A stretch of DNA of 32,000 nt from Candidatus Saccharimonadota bacterium (lineage in GTDB: Bacteria > Patescibacteriota > Gracilibacteria > UBA4473), in assembly GCA_030429505.1 (NCBI GenBank), contig JAUIFI010000001.1, positions 930,001 to 962,000 on the forward strand. Direction: 5' to 3'. Position numbers and translations under genes: made by a program. The notes below the pieces were generated by a model. The model saw only the letters and a program-made list of their open reading frames with translations. It did no database searches and had not been told where the DNA came from. Positions 1 through 7,637 of this stretch are shown piece by piece. Each line of letters begins with the position of its first letter. Positions within the stretch are counted from its first letter, which is position 1.

Positions 1-2297
1 GCTGAAGACTCTAAGGTGTCAGTAGTGACAAAAAACTCTTGTTTCATTCCTGATGGAATTTCCAGAAAAATATCATTAAAGCCAACTCCATCATCACTGT
101 TTTTGAGATTGTGAGCCGACCCTTGTTGAACTCCGTTTGCAAAAAGGGCGACGGTAAAATTCCTGAGATCTGCAGCCTTATCACGACCAATAGCTGACAA
201 GGTAAAACCTTTGATATGAGCTTCTGCAGCACTGGTATTATTGACCTCAATCTGCATGACCTCTACATCATCAACCCCTGCCGTGATAGCAATTTCTCGA
301 GGGGATGAAGTTTCTCGAAGAGGAATATCCGAAGTAGCTAATGTAATGACAGGACCTTTTACAGGAAATGTACTATTGAGTACATTGTCTCCGTGAAAAG
401 TACCGACAAACTGATTAGTTTGAATAGCATGAGCAATTATATCTCTCAAAAAAAGTTGAATAGTTCCAGGTCCAGAGCTCTCTATAGTATCAACATAAAC
501 AACAAGCTCTTTCTTTTCACCGCTTTTTAAATGTACATTGACATCATTAAAGCCAGTCAAGCCACTACTATGAATATTTTTAGCTGATCCTTGCTGAACT
601 CCATTTACAAAAAGAGCAACTGTAAAATTAGAAAGATTCTTGGCATTTCCCGTGCCAGTAACCCACATACCAAAACTCGTTGCAAAAACCTCCTCTTTAT
701 GAGAATTCAATAAATCAAACCGGAGCATTTCAATGTCATCAGCTCCCGCTGTTATAGTGACTGAATCATTATTCTTTCCAAAAACCTCAAGTTCATTCTT
801 CTCAAAGCTAATACAAGCACCATCTCGACAACCGTGTTCACAATCATGAGATCGATTAGTTAATTTTCCTTTTTCGCAAAATCCTTCCTGTAGTGAACAA
901 TTAGAGCCAGAACACTCTTTCACTCGCGAATAACGCCAAAACTTATCCCCGACTTTTTCTTTTAAGAGACATCGATCTTCAAAATATCTTCGTCCCCCTC
1001 CCAACAACTTTTCTTCAGCTGTGCCCTTTACAAAATAATCCTTCCCACCATCAGAATCAGTACAAAGAGAAGCCTTTTGTACTACGGAAGAGTTATTGGT
1101 ATTTTGTAACACGTCTTCGGAATGTGCCGGAAAAGAAGAGCCTGTCGGAGAAGAAGCAGAAGAATCAAGGTCTCGAAGACAACGAACCGGATATGCCATT
1201 ACTTTATCTGCCGGATAAGAGATACTCATATCAGAATATTCTTTCAAATATACAAGCTCTCCGTCCGTCTCGCTAATATCAGGAGTAAGCCAGAAAAATC
1301 CTTGTGCTCCAAAAGCATCATTGTATCTCACAAAACTATTGGTAAAAGGATCCCATCCGCCAAATAAAGCACCGTTAAATCCAGACGTATTACAGTTTTG
1401 TCCCTGCCAACAATATTGCTTTTTTTTGAGCTTATCCCCTGAATCTTTTCCAAGAGTATCCAAGAGCACAGAATAATCATGGTGATTTGGGATGCGCCAC
1501 CCAGAAGGACAAATACCTTGATGATTTTCGGGATCAGGTATCTTGTTTGAACAATTATTATACAAACAATCGGCAGAAACTTTCATAGCCGTATGCCATT
1601 GATACATACCACCAGAACCCTCAGAATCATTCGGGGCACAAGTCTGATCAGTATTGAGATAACAAAATTTTTGAGTTCCAGCTTGGTTGTCTTGATAAGG
1701 AAGACCAAAAGAATCTCTCTCTGCCTGATCAGAACGAAGGTGTACTCCATAATTTAAATTTCGCGCAAACCAGCATTGAGGACCAATTTGCACAGTTGGA
1801 TATGATTGTCCGTCTCGAGGATCAAGAGCCATTCGTCCACACTCAGTAAAAGGAGTCGCAGATACAGGAGGTCTCAAAGAAGAAGTCGGTGTTTGGACAG
1901 GTTGGACATTTGCTCCCGTCGCGCCAGCTACGGCACCAGTCGCTGGTTTTGGTATACGTGGAATTCCTTGAACGACTGAAGGCGACGAGGAAGAGGAGCC
2001 TGTTTTCGAGCTTCCTGAGGAAATAGAAATATTATTTTGTGAAGAAGGTCTGTTCCCTTGCTCTTTAAACTCCTTCAATAAAGCATCAAAATCATTATTT
2101 TTCTGTGGTGTAAAGGTTCGATCAATAGAACCTCGAAAGGCCTTAAATTCTTTTAAAATTTCCGAAAAATTAAAAGTACTCACAGACAAGCCTTCTTGAT
2201 AAGAGGTGGCAACCAACAACGCCCCCATCATTACCCCTCCCAAAAAAAGGAGTGTCATATGAGAAATGTGAGATGAAAATGATTTTTTAGGTTTCAT
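1..2297 (-). CDS. Secreted/cell-surface protein with a FISUMP (Fibrobacter succinogenes major paralogous, TIGR02145-type) domain, a Cys-rich module and tandem ~156-aa C-terminal modules; the 3' end runs off the window
   Basis: Absent from the ORF track because it is open to position 1. Hand translation of the minus strand from the ATG (complement of 2295-2297) has no stops. It begins MKPKKSFSSHISHMTLLFLGGVMMGALLVA (signal/anchor), followed by a Ser/Pro-rich linker. Next comes DPRDGQSYPTVQIGPQCWFARNLNY...GGMYQWHTAM...ICPSGWRIPNHHDYSVLL...NTSGFNGALFGG...GFFWLT, which is the FISUMP signature. A Cys-rich block follows (CTDSDGGKDYFVKG...CEHGCRDGACI). The protein ends with two modules sharing NFTVALF(V/A)NGVQQGSA...GFNDV/I spaced 156 aa apart. 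Confidence 0.8.
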   Translation of the reverse strand, partial: MKPKKSFSSHISHMTLLFLGGVMMGALLVATSYQEGLSVSTFNFSEILKEFKAFRGSIDRTFTPQKNNDFDALLKEFKEQGNRPSSQNNISISSGSSKTGSSSSSPSVVQGIPRIPKPATGAVAGATGANVQPVQTPTSSLRPPVSATPFTECGRMALDPRDGQSYPTVQIGPQCWFARNLNYGVHLRSDQAERDSFGLPYQDNQAGTQKFCYLNTDQTCAPNDSEGSGGMYQWHTAMKVSADCLYNNCSNKIPDPENHQGICPSGWRIPNHHDYSVLLDTLGKDSGDKLKKKQYCWQGQNCNTSGFNGALFGGWDPFTNSFVRYNDAFGAQGFFWLTPDISETDGELVYLKEYSDMSISYPADKVMAYPVRCLRDLDSSASSPTGSSFPAHSEDVLQNTNNSSVVQKASLCTDSDGGKDYFVKGTAEEKLLGGGRRYFEDRCLLKEKVGDKFWRYSRVKECSGSNCSLQEGFCEKGKLTNRSHDCEHGCRDGACISFEKNELEVFGKNNDSVTITAGADDIEMLRFDLLNSHKEEVFATSFGMWVTGTGNAKNLSNFTVALFVNGVQQGSAKNIHSSGLTGFNDVNVHLKSGEKKELVVYVDTIESSGPGTIQLFLRDIIAHAIQTNQFVGTFHGDNVLNSTFPVKGPVITLATSDIPLRETSSPREIAITAGVDDVEVMQIEVNNTSAAEAHIKGFTLSAIGRDKAADLRNFTVALFANGVQQGSAHNLKNSDDGVGFNDIFLEIPSGMKQEFFVTTDTLESS

Positions 2298-2397
2298 ACC
2301 AAAAGAGCAAAACAGTAAACACCCCCATTGTAAGAGAGAGTGTTTTTTTCTGCAAAAACTTTTCCTATAATAAGAGAGAAAAATAAATAAATATTTT

Positions 2398-2425
2398 TTG
2401 ACAAAAAAATTATTGATGTTATAAT
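2398..2425 (+). promoter_or_regulatory. Sigma70-type promoter for gap
   Basis: TTGACA (2398-2403), a 16-nt spacer, then TATAAT (2420-2425), preceded by TGT (extended -10). The ATG lies 26 nt downstream of the -10 element. Confidence 0.6.
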
Positions 2426-2451
2426 GAAGAATAAAATAAAAATATTAAAAA

Positions 2452-3459
2452 ATGTCAAAACAAAAAAAACGCATCGCCATTAACGGATTTGGTCGAATCG
2501 GGAGAGCCGTCGCCAGAATAATCCTCCAACATCACTCAGATACTCTCCAAGTCGTTGCCATCAATGACCCATCTCCTGCTGAAACCACAGCGCATCTTTT
2601 TTCTTTTGATTCAAACTTCGGACGTTATTCGGGAAAAGTTTCCATAGAAGAAGGAGGAAAGTTTTTCAAAATTGATGAACATGTTATCCAGAATTTTTCA
2701 ACTCGTGAGATCAATGAACTGCCATGGGGGGAGCTTGATATTGATGTCGTTTTAGAATGTACTGGCGTTTTTCGCACCAAAAAGCTTGCAGAGGCTCATA
2801 TCAAACAAGGAGCAAAGAAGGTCTTGCTTTCCGCTCCAGCGAAAGATGATCAGTTCAAAACTATTGTACTAGGAGTAAATGAAGACACACTTACGAATAA
2901 AGACAAGTTTGTGTCATGTGCATCATGTACTACCAACTGTCTTTCTCCTGTCGCCAAAATACTCAATGACGAATTCAATATCGAATCAGGACTCATGACC
3001 ACGATTCACTCCTATACCAATGATCAAAGGATTCTAGATGTCGGACACAAAGATTTACGTCGAGCTCGAGCTGCCGCTATCAATATCATTCCCACCTCTA
3101 CCGGAGCAGCCAAGGCTATTGGACTCGTGCTACCAGAGCTTAATGGAAAATTAAATGGTATGGCTATTCGAGTACCGACACCGACTGTTTCGCTCATTGA
3201 TTTGGTCGTCAAAGTGACCAAAAAAGTCGATACCGATAAGGTCACAAAAGCTTTTGAAAAAGCTTCAAAAAGCATGCCCCACATTTTGGGCATAGAAACA
3301 CAGCCTTTAGTATCATCCGATTTCAAAGGAGATACGAGAAGTAGTATTGTCGATATTGCACAGACTCAGGTCATAGGAGACATGGTCAAAGTCTTGGCCT
3401 GGTATGATAATGAATGGGGATATTCCTCTCGTTTAGCCGAACTTGCCACGAAATTATGA
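2452..3459 (+). CDS. gap: Glyceraldehyde-3-phosphate dehydrogenase (type I)
   Basis: 335 aa. Shows N-terminal INGFGRIGR NAD-binding motif, the active-site SCTTNCLSP, and the C-terminal WYDNEWGYS motif. Confidence 0.97.
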   Translation: MSKQKKRIAINGFGRIGRAVARIILQHHSDTLQVVAINDPSPAETTAHLFSFDSNFGRYSGKVSIEEGGKFFKIDEHVIQNFSTREINELPWGELDIDVVLECTGVFRTKKLAEAHIKQGAKKVLLSAPAKDDQFKTIVLGVNEDTLTNKDKFVSCASCTTNCLSPVAKILNDEFNIESGLMTTIHSYTNDQRILDVGHKDLRRARAAAINIIPTSTGAAKAIGLVLPELNGKLNGMAIRVPTPTVSLIDLVVKVTKKVDTDKVTKAFEKASKSMPHILGIETQPLVSSDFKGDTRSSIVDIAQTQVIGDMVKVLAWYDNEWGYSSRLAELATKL

Positions 3460-3881
3460 GATTAAAAAGCATAGGCTTCACACTTCTTTGTACACTCTTT
3501 CTTGTTGGGTGTGCAGAAAGAGATTTAACCAAATGGAATCAAGTAGCAGGAAAAAAAAGATTTGAACTTACTGAAGAAATGACCTGCACTATTCTTACAT
3601 CAACCGACAATGCCCGACTGGGAGAAATATTTCAGCTCTCTAGTCTGACAAAAGCAAGTCCTCAAATAAGATTTCAAGAAGAAGGGTTTGCTCCTCATCC
3701 AATGAAAAAACTTGAAGAATCAGACAAAGCTCTTGTCTTTGCTTCTTTATCTCAAACACGTGGAGCCATCATGCTCATTTTTGAAAAAGAAACTGGAGTT
3801 TTTGCCTTATCCACCTCATCATTTGGAAAAGAACCTATACAAAACGCCTCAAAAGGGAACTGTGAGGAACGAAAAAATTAA
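3456..3881 (+). CDS. Small lipoprotein of unknown function
   Basis: I prefer the ATG at 3456 over the track start at 3414. It gives MRLKSIGFTLLCTLFLVGCAERD, a signal peptide with the lipobox LVGC. This ATG overlaps the gap stop as ATGA (3456-3459), which suggests translational coupling. Confidence 0.65.
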   Translation: MRLKSIGFTLLCTLFLVGCAERDLTKWNQVAGKKRFELTEEMTCTILTSTDNARLGEIFQLSSLTKASPQIRFQEEGFAPHPMKKLEESDKALVFASLSQTRGAIMLIFEKETGVFALSTSSFGKEPIQNASKGNCEERKN

Positions 3882-3888
3882 AAAAATT

Positions 3889-3966
3889 GTCATTCTGAGG
3901 ACCTCACCTGGCGTGGGACGAAGAATCTCTGAGATCCTTCGTCCCGCTTTGCGGTATCAGAATGAC
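3889..3966. repeat. 78-bp nested palindrome made of two REP-like units in inverted orientation
   Basis: Unit 1 is gtcattctgaggacctcacctggcgtgggacgaagaatctc. The reverse complement of unit 2 is gtcattctgataccgcaaagcgggacgaaggatctc. The outer arms are 10 bp (gtcattctga/tcagaatgac). The inner GC-rich arms are 9 bp (gggacgaag 3915-3923 / cttcgtccc 3937-3945). The element lies between convergent gene ends at 3881 and 3976. Confidence 0.85.
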
Positions 3967-3975
3967 AAAGTTTTT

Positions 3976-6900
3976 CTAAGCCGCCAATTTATATACTTTT
4001 TCTTGTGTTTGCTGAACCAATCCGTGAAAAGGGGTCGAAGGAACAGCCGCCTTTCGCCTTGACGGGAGCGTGAATATCTCTGCTCCGGAAGAAGAAACGT
4101 TCGGTTTATTCTCCGGTTTGAGAGAGTAATTAAGCAATACTCCAGATTGTCTTGGATTCGTAAAAGGAACTGAAAAAGGCTTGTCATAGGATAAAGCCCC
4201 CTTCTCACTCGCTTTTTTATCCCAGACAAGCAAGTATATTCGCTTTACGGAATCTTCTACAGATGATTTTTGAAATACTACGATTTGATCCTTCGTCTCA
4301 CAGATTATTTGATCTCCCTGTCGCCGTACAAATCGAAGGTGAGACAAAGTATTTCTATGCACAATATCTCCAGTTAGATTCAATTCTCCACCCAATTGCG
4401 TTACATCTGAGAATTGGACATCAAAAAGATCGCTTCCCTCCAAAAGATAATGGTTAATCTCTTCCCATTTTTGCTGACTATTAGCCGCCAATTTCGTGAA
4501 AAATGCCCCTTCCATCTCTTCGGTAATAACTTTTTTTCGCAAAGCTCGATTGATAATCTCATTCAAAGGAGGTTGATAAACACGAGCATTGTCAGGGAGC
4601 GTTTTTCGAGCTTCTTCCAAAGACGCTCGTACACTCTCAACGGTATGAGTATGAAATAAAGCTAAATCCGGAGGGATAGAAAATGTAAACGCTTGAGCTT
4701 TTGCCATAGCCTCTTCCCACACTTTTATCCTTTCTTTATTATCATCTGATATATCTTCCAAGGCATCAGGGATAGTTTGGATTCCTGCTTGAATAGTTAT
4801 GCCTTGACCAGAGAAGGCCTCCCGAATAGACCTGTTTTTATTAAGTTCTCGAGTCGTTTCTTCTGTGATGCCAGTATCTGCCGCCCCCTCCTTTTGAGCA
4901 TTGACAATGAGAGCAATAGTATTCAGTCTCTCCTTTCTTTCTTCTTCATATAATTCTTTTGTAATAGGAAATGCATCAAGAATAGTTTCAAATTCCCCCC
5001 TTTCTTTCTCGAGCGTCCCTATAATCCCATCAAGATTCACTTTCAATGGCTGAAGTTCCTTAATCAAGCTCGTTATCACCTCTCGATCAGTCGTTGGTAG
5101 TTTCGATAGAAAAGTTGTGCCATTATCATCAGTAACATTCACGATTTTTTTCAATTCAGTATAAAAGGTTCCAAAAGTTTTAAGCCGAGCAAACATTTTC
5201 TGAACCTCTTTTTTCTTCTCAAATTGATCTACAAATTCATCAATATGATTAATAAATGACAAAACATCAGCAGCACTTTCCTGAGCTGTGTTTGCCAGTT
5301 TAAGTGCGAGGATACGAGTATAAGCGGTAGGTTTTTCTGTCAAAACTCCAGTGACATATCGTTCTCGAGTCGTTGACTCAAATGAATATACAAAACCCAC
5401 AAATGCACTTTTTGACTCATCATCCAAATCGTCAGCAATCTCGATATTGTCATTGAGATAGGCTACCAAATATCCTAATTTCTCTCCATCAGTCATTAGA
5501 ATAGGGTCTTTGGCATCATAGACTTCGGTCTGTATATTAATTAATTTTTCATTTAAAACAGTATGAAGACCATACCTCGGGTGATGGACCATGTCCCTAA
5601 TCGAAATTTCCTCGTCGTGATTTTCAATTCCCACCTCACTAATCCAATGAGTATAAAGCGAATCGTAATCAACCTTCGGAAGAATTTGATCGATATTATG
5701 GGCTCTTTCATCAATATTTTTCAACGTAGAGTTCATATCCTGATACAATTCTTCAGTTCGATCGACACTTACCACACGTTCTATATGTTTTTCCCGAATG
5801 GCATCGAGCAAATCAAATGTTTCGATATGCTCTCCAAGTTCATTTTTCCAGTCCAAAATACTTCGTGCATATGTCGGAGATTTCAAAAATTCGTGCGGAT
5901 TATAGGTGATATAATACATAAATCGCCACAATTTATTTTTCTTGGTACGATTTCCTTCTTGCTCTGCTTGAAATTGGTATTTATCTAAAGCTGCCAAAAC
6001 ATCATCTATATTCTTTCTCTTTTCCACCTTCATACGGTCGATGATTTCTTTCATCTCCATTACCCCATCCAAGAGCTGATTTCGCCCAATTTTAGAAATC
6101 CATCGCAGTAACGGTTTACTAAAAAAACGAAATTTCCACCATTCCTCTGCCTCCAATTGTTGCATTCCTTCTTCTCTTCGATCCTTGATATCTTTGTACA
6201 TAATTTCAAACAAAGTCTCTGGAGATTTATCTATAGGAAGTTCTATTATTTGGGCGTTCACATCGTTTTTTAGAACTTCAGGTTCTAGTGGTGGCGTATC
6301 TGTATTTTTTCGTGTGACCCAATTCCACATTCTTCGGAAAACATTAGGCCTGTTTTTTCTTTCTTCCCTTTTTCTCTGCTTAGCCTCTCTATAGGCATTT
6401 TTTGCTCTCTGTTTTTCTCTGATTTCTTCGATTCGGAGTTCCTCTATTTTTTCTTGAATCTTTTCTGGTGCCAATATTGTATCTAAAAAATTAAGGACAG
6501 ATAAAGAAGTCTGACGTTGTCCAAGACCTCCGGAGTCAATTGAGTCAAGCGTTGCTTCTCCTCTGTCATTCCAAAGAGCCGCTAGAGTCTCAGAATAACG
6601 GAGAGGAGAGTTTTGAATAGTTTCAGACACCATGTTTTGTCCTTCTTTCAAAAGGTTTACCATTGGACCCTTTGAGTTCCAGAAACGTTCAAGAAGTTTT
6701 ACAGGATTAAGGTTTCTCAGCAAATTCACAGGAATAAAGCGGTCTTGTCCTTTTTCTCCGACCACTTGATGCGGGACGTATCCTTGAGGTCCTTTCAGTT
6801 CCCTAGCTCGGTCAAGCTGAATAATTTTTTGAGCCGCTACACGAGTGAGTTTCTTTTCATCCTCTATCGCCGTGTCTTTATTTTCTATTCGAATAAAACG

Positions 6901-7029
6901 CAGGGCTTGTTCTACCGATTCTTCATTTCGTTGTAGAATAGGATCCATGGTTTCAGGGGCATTGCGATACACCCGCCTAGAAAGGCTGAATTCAGTACTT
7001 GAAATGGGATTAAAAGATAAATATTTCAT
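3976..7029 (-). CDS. Large hypothetical protein (1017 aa), soluble, K/E-rich and coiled-coil-like; ORFan
   Basis: A long uninterrupted ORF with its own upstream promoter. It has no hydrophobic segment. By eye I see no Walker A, HExxH or nuclease motif. It contains a strongly basic stretch (REKQRAKNAYREAKQRKREERKNRPNVFRRMWNW) and a beta-rich-looking C-terminus. Confidence 0.8.
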   Translation of the reverse strand: MKYLSFNPISSTEFSLSRRVYRNAPETMDPILQRNEESVEQALRFIRIENKDTAIEDEKKLTRVAAQKIIQLDRARELKGPQGYVPHQVVGEKGQDRFIPVNLLRNLNPVKLLERFWNSKGPMVNLLKEGQNMVSETIQNSPLRYSETLAALWNDRGEATLDSIDSGGLGQRQTSLSVLNFLDTILAPEKIQEKIEELRIEEIREKQRAKNAYREAKQRKREERKNRPNVFRRMWNWVTRKNTDTPPLEPEVLKNDVNAQIIELPIDKSPETLFEIMYKDIKDRREEGMQQLEAEEWWKFRFFSKPLLRWISKIGRNQLLDGVMEMKEIIDRMKVEKRKNIDDVLAALDKYQFQAEQEGNRTKKNKLWRFMYYITYNPHEFLKSPTYARSILDWKNELGEHIETFDLLDAIREKHIERVVSVDRTEELYQDMNSTLKNIDERAHNIDQILPKVDYDSLYTHWISEVGIENHDEEISIRDMVHHPRYGLHTVLNEKLINIQTEVYDAKDPILMTDGEKLGYLVAYLNDNIEIADDLDDESKSAFVGFVYSFESTTRERYVTGVLTEKPTAYTRILALKLANTAQESAADVLSFINHIDEFVDQFEKKKEVQKMFARLKTFGTFYTELKKIVNVTDDNGTTFLSKLPTTDREVITSLIKELQPLKVNLDGIIGTLEKERGEFETILDAFPITKELYEEERKERLNTIALIVNAQKEGAADTGITEETTRELNKNRSIREAFSGQGITIQAGIQTIPDALEDISDDNKERIKVWEEAMAKAQAFTFSIPPDLALFHTHTVESVRASLEEARKTLPDNARVYQPPLNEIINRALRKKVITEEMEGAFFTKLAANSQQKWEEINHYLLEGSDLFDVQFSDVTQLGGELNLTGDIVHRNTLSHLRFVRRQGDQIICETKDQIVVFQKSSVEDSVKRIYLLVWDKKASEKGALSYDKPFSVPFTNPRQSGVLLNYSLKPENKPNVSSSGAEIFTLPSRRKAAVPSTPFHGLVQQTQEKVYKLAA

Positions 7030-7051
7030 AAAAAAGACTACTTCGCATATT

Positions 7052-7080
7052 TATATAAAATAAAAAACAAAAAATGTCAA
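7052..7080 (-). promoter_or_regulatory. Sigma70-type promoter for the 1017-aa gene
   Basis: The minus strand reads TTGACA (complement of 7075-7080), a 17-nt spacer, then TATATA (7052-7057). The ATG lies 22 nt downstream. Confidence 0.55.
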
Positions 7081-7113
7081 TAAAATTACATCACTCAAAA
7101 AAAATTCTTTTAT

Positions 7114-7193
7114 GTCATTCTGAACTTGTTTCAGAATCTCTTTCATACTAGGAAAAATTGCCTCAAAAGATCCTGAAATAAATTCAGGATGAC
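7114..7193. repeat. Inverted pair of REP-like hairpins
   Basis: Copy 7114-7140 is gtcATTCTGAActtgtTTCAGAATctc. Copy 7169-7193 is gATCCTGAAataaaTTCAGGATgac, the same unit in the opposite orientation. Each forms an 8-bp stem with a 5-nt loop. On the minus strand the first hairpin is followed by TTTT, so the pair probably terminates the 872/136-aa unit. Confidence 0.85.
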
Positions 7194-7224
7194 ATCATTG
7201 TTGCATGAAAATAAAATGAATTTA

Positions 7225-7635
7225 TTACTTAAGCCGATCTTTAAGTGTGTCCAACTCTACTTGTTCTTGCGCAGCTTCACCTTTCTCTTTCTTTTGTTCT
7301 TCACGATAAAGCTTTGCTTTAAATGACTGTGCTAAATCCTTCATTTTATCGGTTGCTTCACGAACGGATTTTACTCTCAAGGAAGTCTCAGGATTTTTTT
7401 CAACCTCAATCGCTGCTTGAACGGCATCGAGCTGCTCTTTTGCTCGCTTTGCTTGTTCGGAAGAAGTCTCAATCAGATACGACATCACGACATCCACATA
7501 CGTAGCGGCCACATCATCAAATCCGCCGACTTCAAGTAAATGACCAGTAAATTCCTTTTTGGCTTCCACAGAGATCTCTTCTAGATCAAGAAACCATCGG
7601 AGAAAATTTTCGAGTGTGTCTTTTTGATTGGTCAT
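7225..7635 (-). CDS. Hypothetical acidic, helical 136-aa protein
   Basis: Its ORF starts 2 nt after the stop of the upstream 872-aa ORF (TAAatATG), so the two are likely co-expressed. It is E/K/A-rich with no recognisable motif. Confidence 0.7.
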   Translation of the reverse strand: MTNQKDTLENFLRWFLDLEEISVEAKKEFTGHLLEVGGFDDVAATYVDVVMSYLIETSSEQAKRAKEQLDAVQAAIEVEKNPETSLRVKSVREATDKMKDLAQSFKAKLYREEQKKEKGEAAQEQVELDTLKDRLK

Positions 7636-7637
7636 AT

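Noticed and set aside
1-800. The tandem modules of the FISUMP protein as a possible diversity-generating retroelement target.
   Set aside because: There is no reverse transcriptase and no template repeat in the window. The two modules differ by substitutions of all base types rather than adenine-specific changes.
1-2297. The ORF track shows no long ORF for 1-2297 or 29598-32000 although both look coding. I suspected stop-codon reassignment (for example UGA read as an amino acid, as in some candidate phyla).
   Set aside because: Hand translation of both regions is stop-free in the standard code. They are missing only because they run off the window edges. TGA clearly terminates gap (3457-3459) and the GT4 gene (21526-21528).
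3024-3326. Antisense or overlapping ORFs inside well-supported genes. Examples are 3024-3326, 5563-5988, 7779-8123, 9934-10329, 11412-11684, 11751-12245, 13811-14050, 18797-19123, 19867-20175, 23360-23761, 25795-26076, 26841-27266 and 31382-31684.
   Set aside because: These are shadow ORFs opposite to, or out of frame with, genes that carry strong family motifs. Their translations are low-complexity or R/S/I-rich, with no motifs and no independent start context.
3889-3931. A CUGAGGA motif followed by a hairpin and CGAAG in the repeat unit, reminiscent of a hammerhead ribozyme core (CUGANGA … GAAA).
   Set aside because: The second core element is GAAG, not GAAA. Stem II would need a bulge. 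No stem I/III pairing or cleavage-site triplet could be drawn, and the other family members lack the motif.
3712-4229. ORFs 3712-4062 (+) and 3957-4229 (-) that read through the 3889-3966 palindrome.
   Set aside because: They overlap the better-supported lipoprotein and 1017-aa genes, and their middle sections are simply translations of the repeat element.
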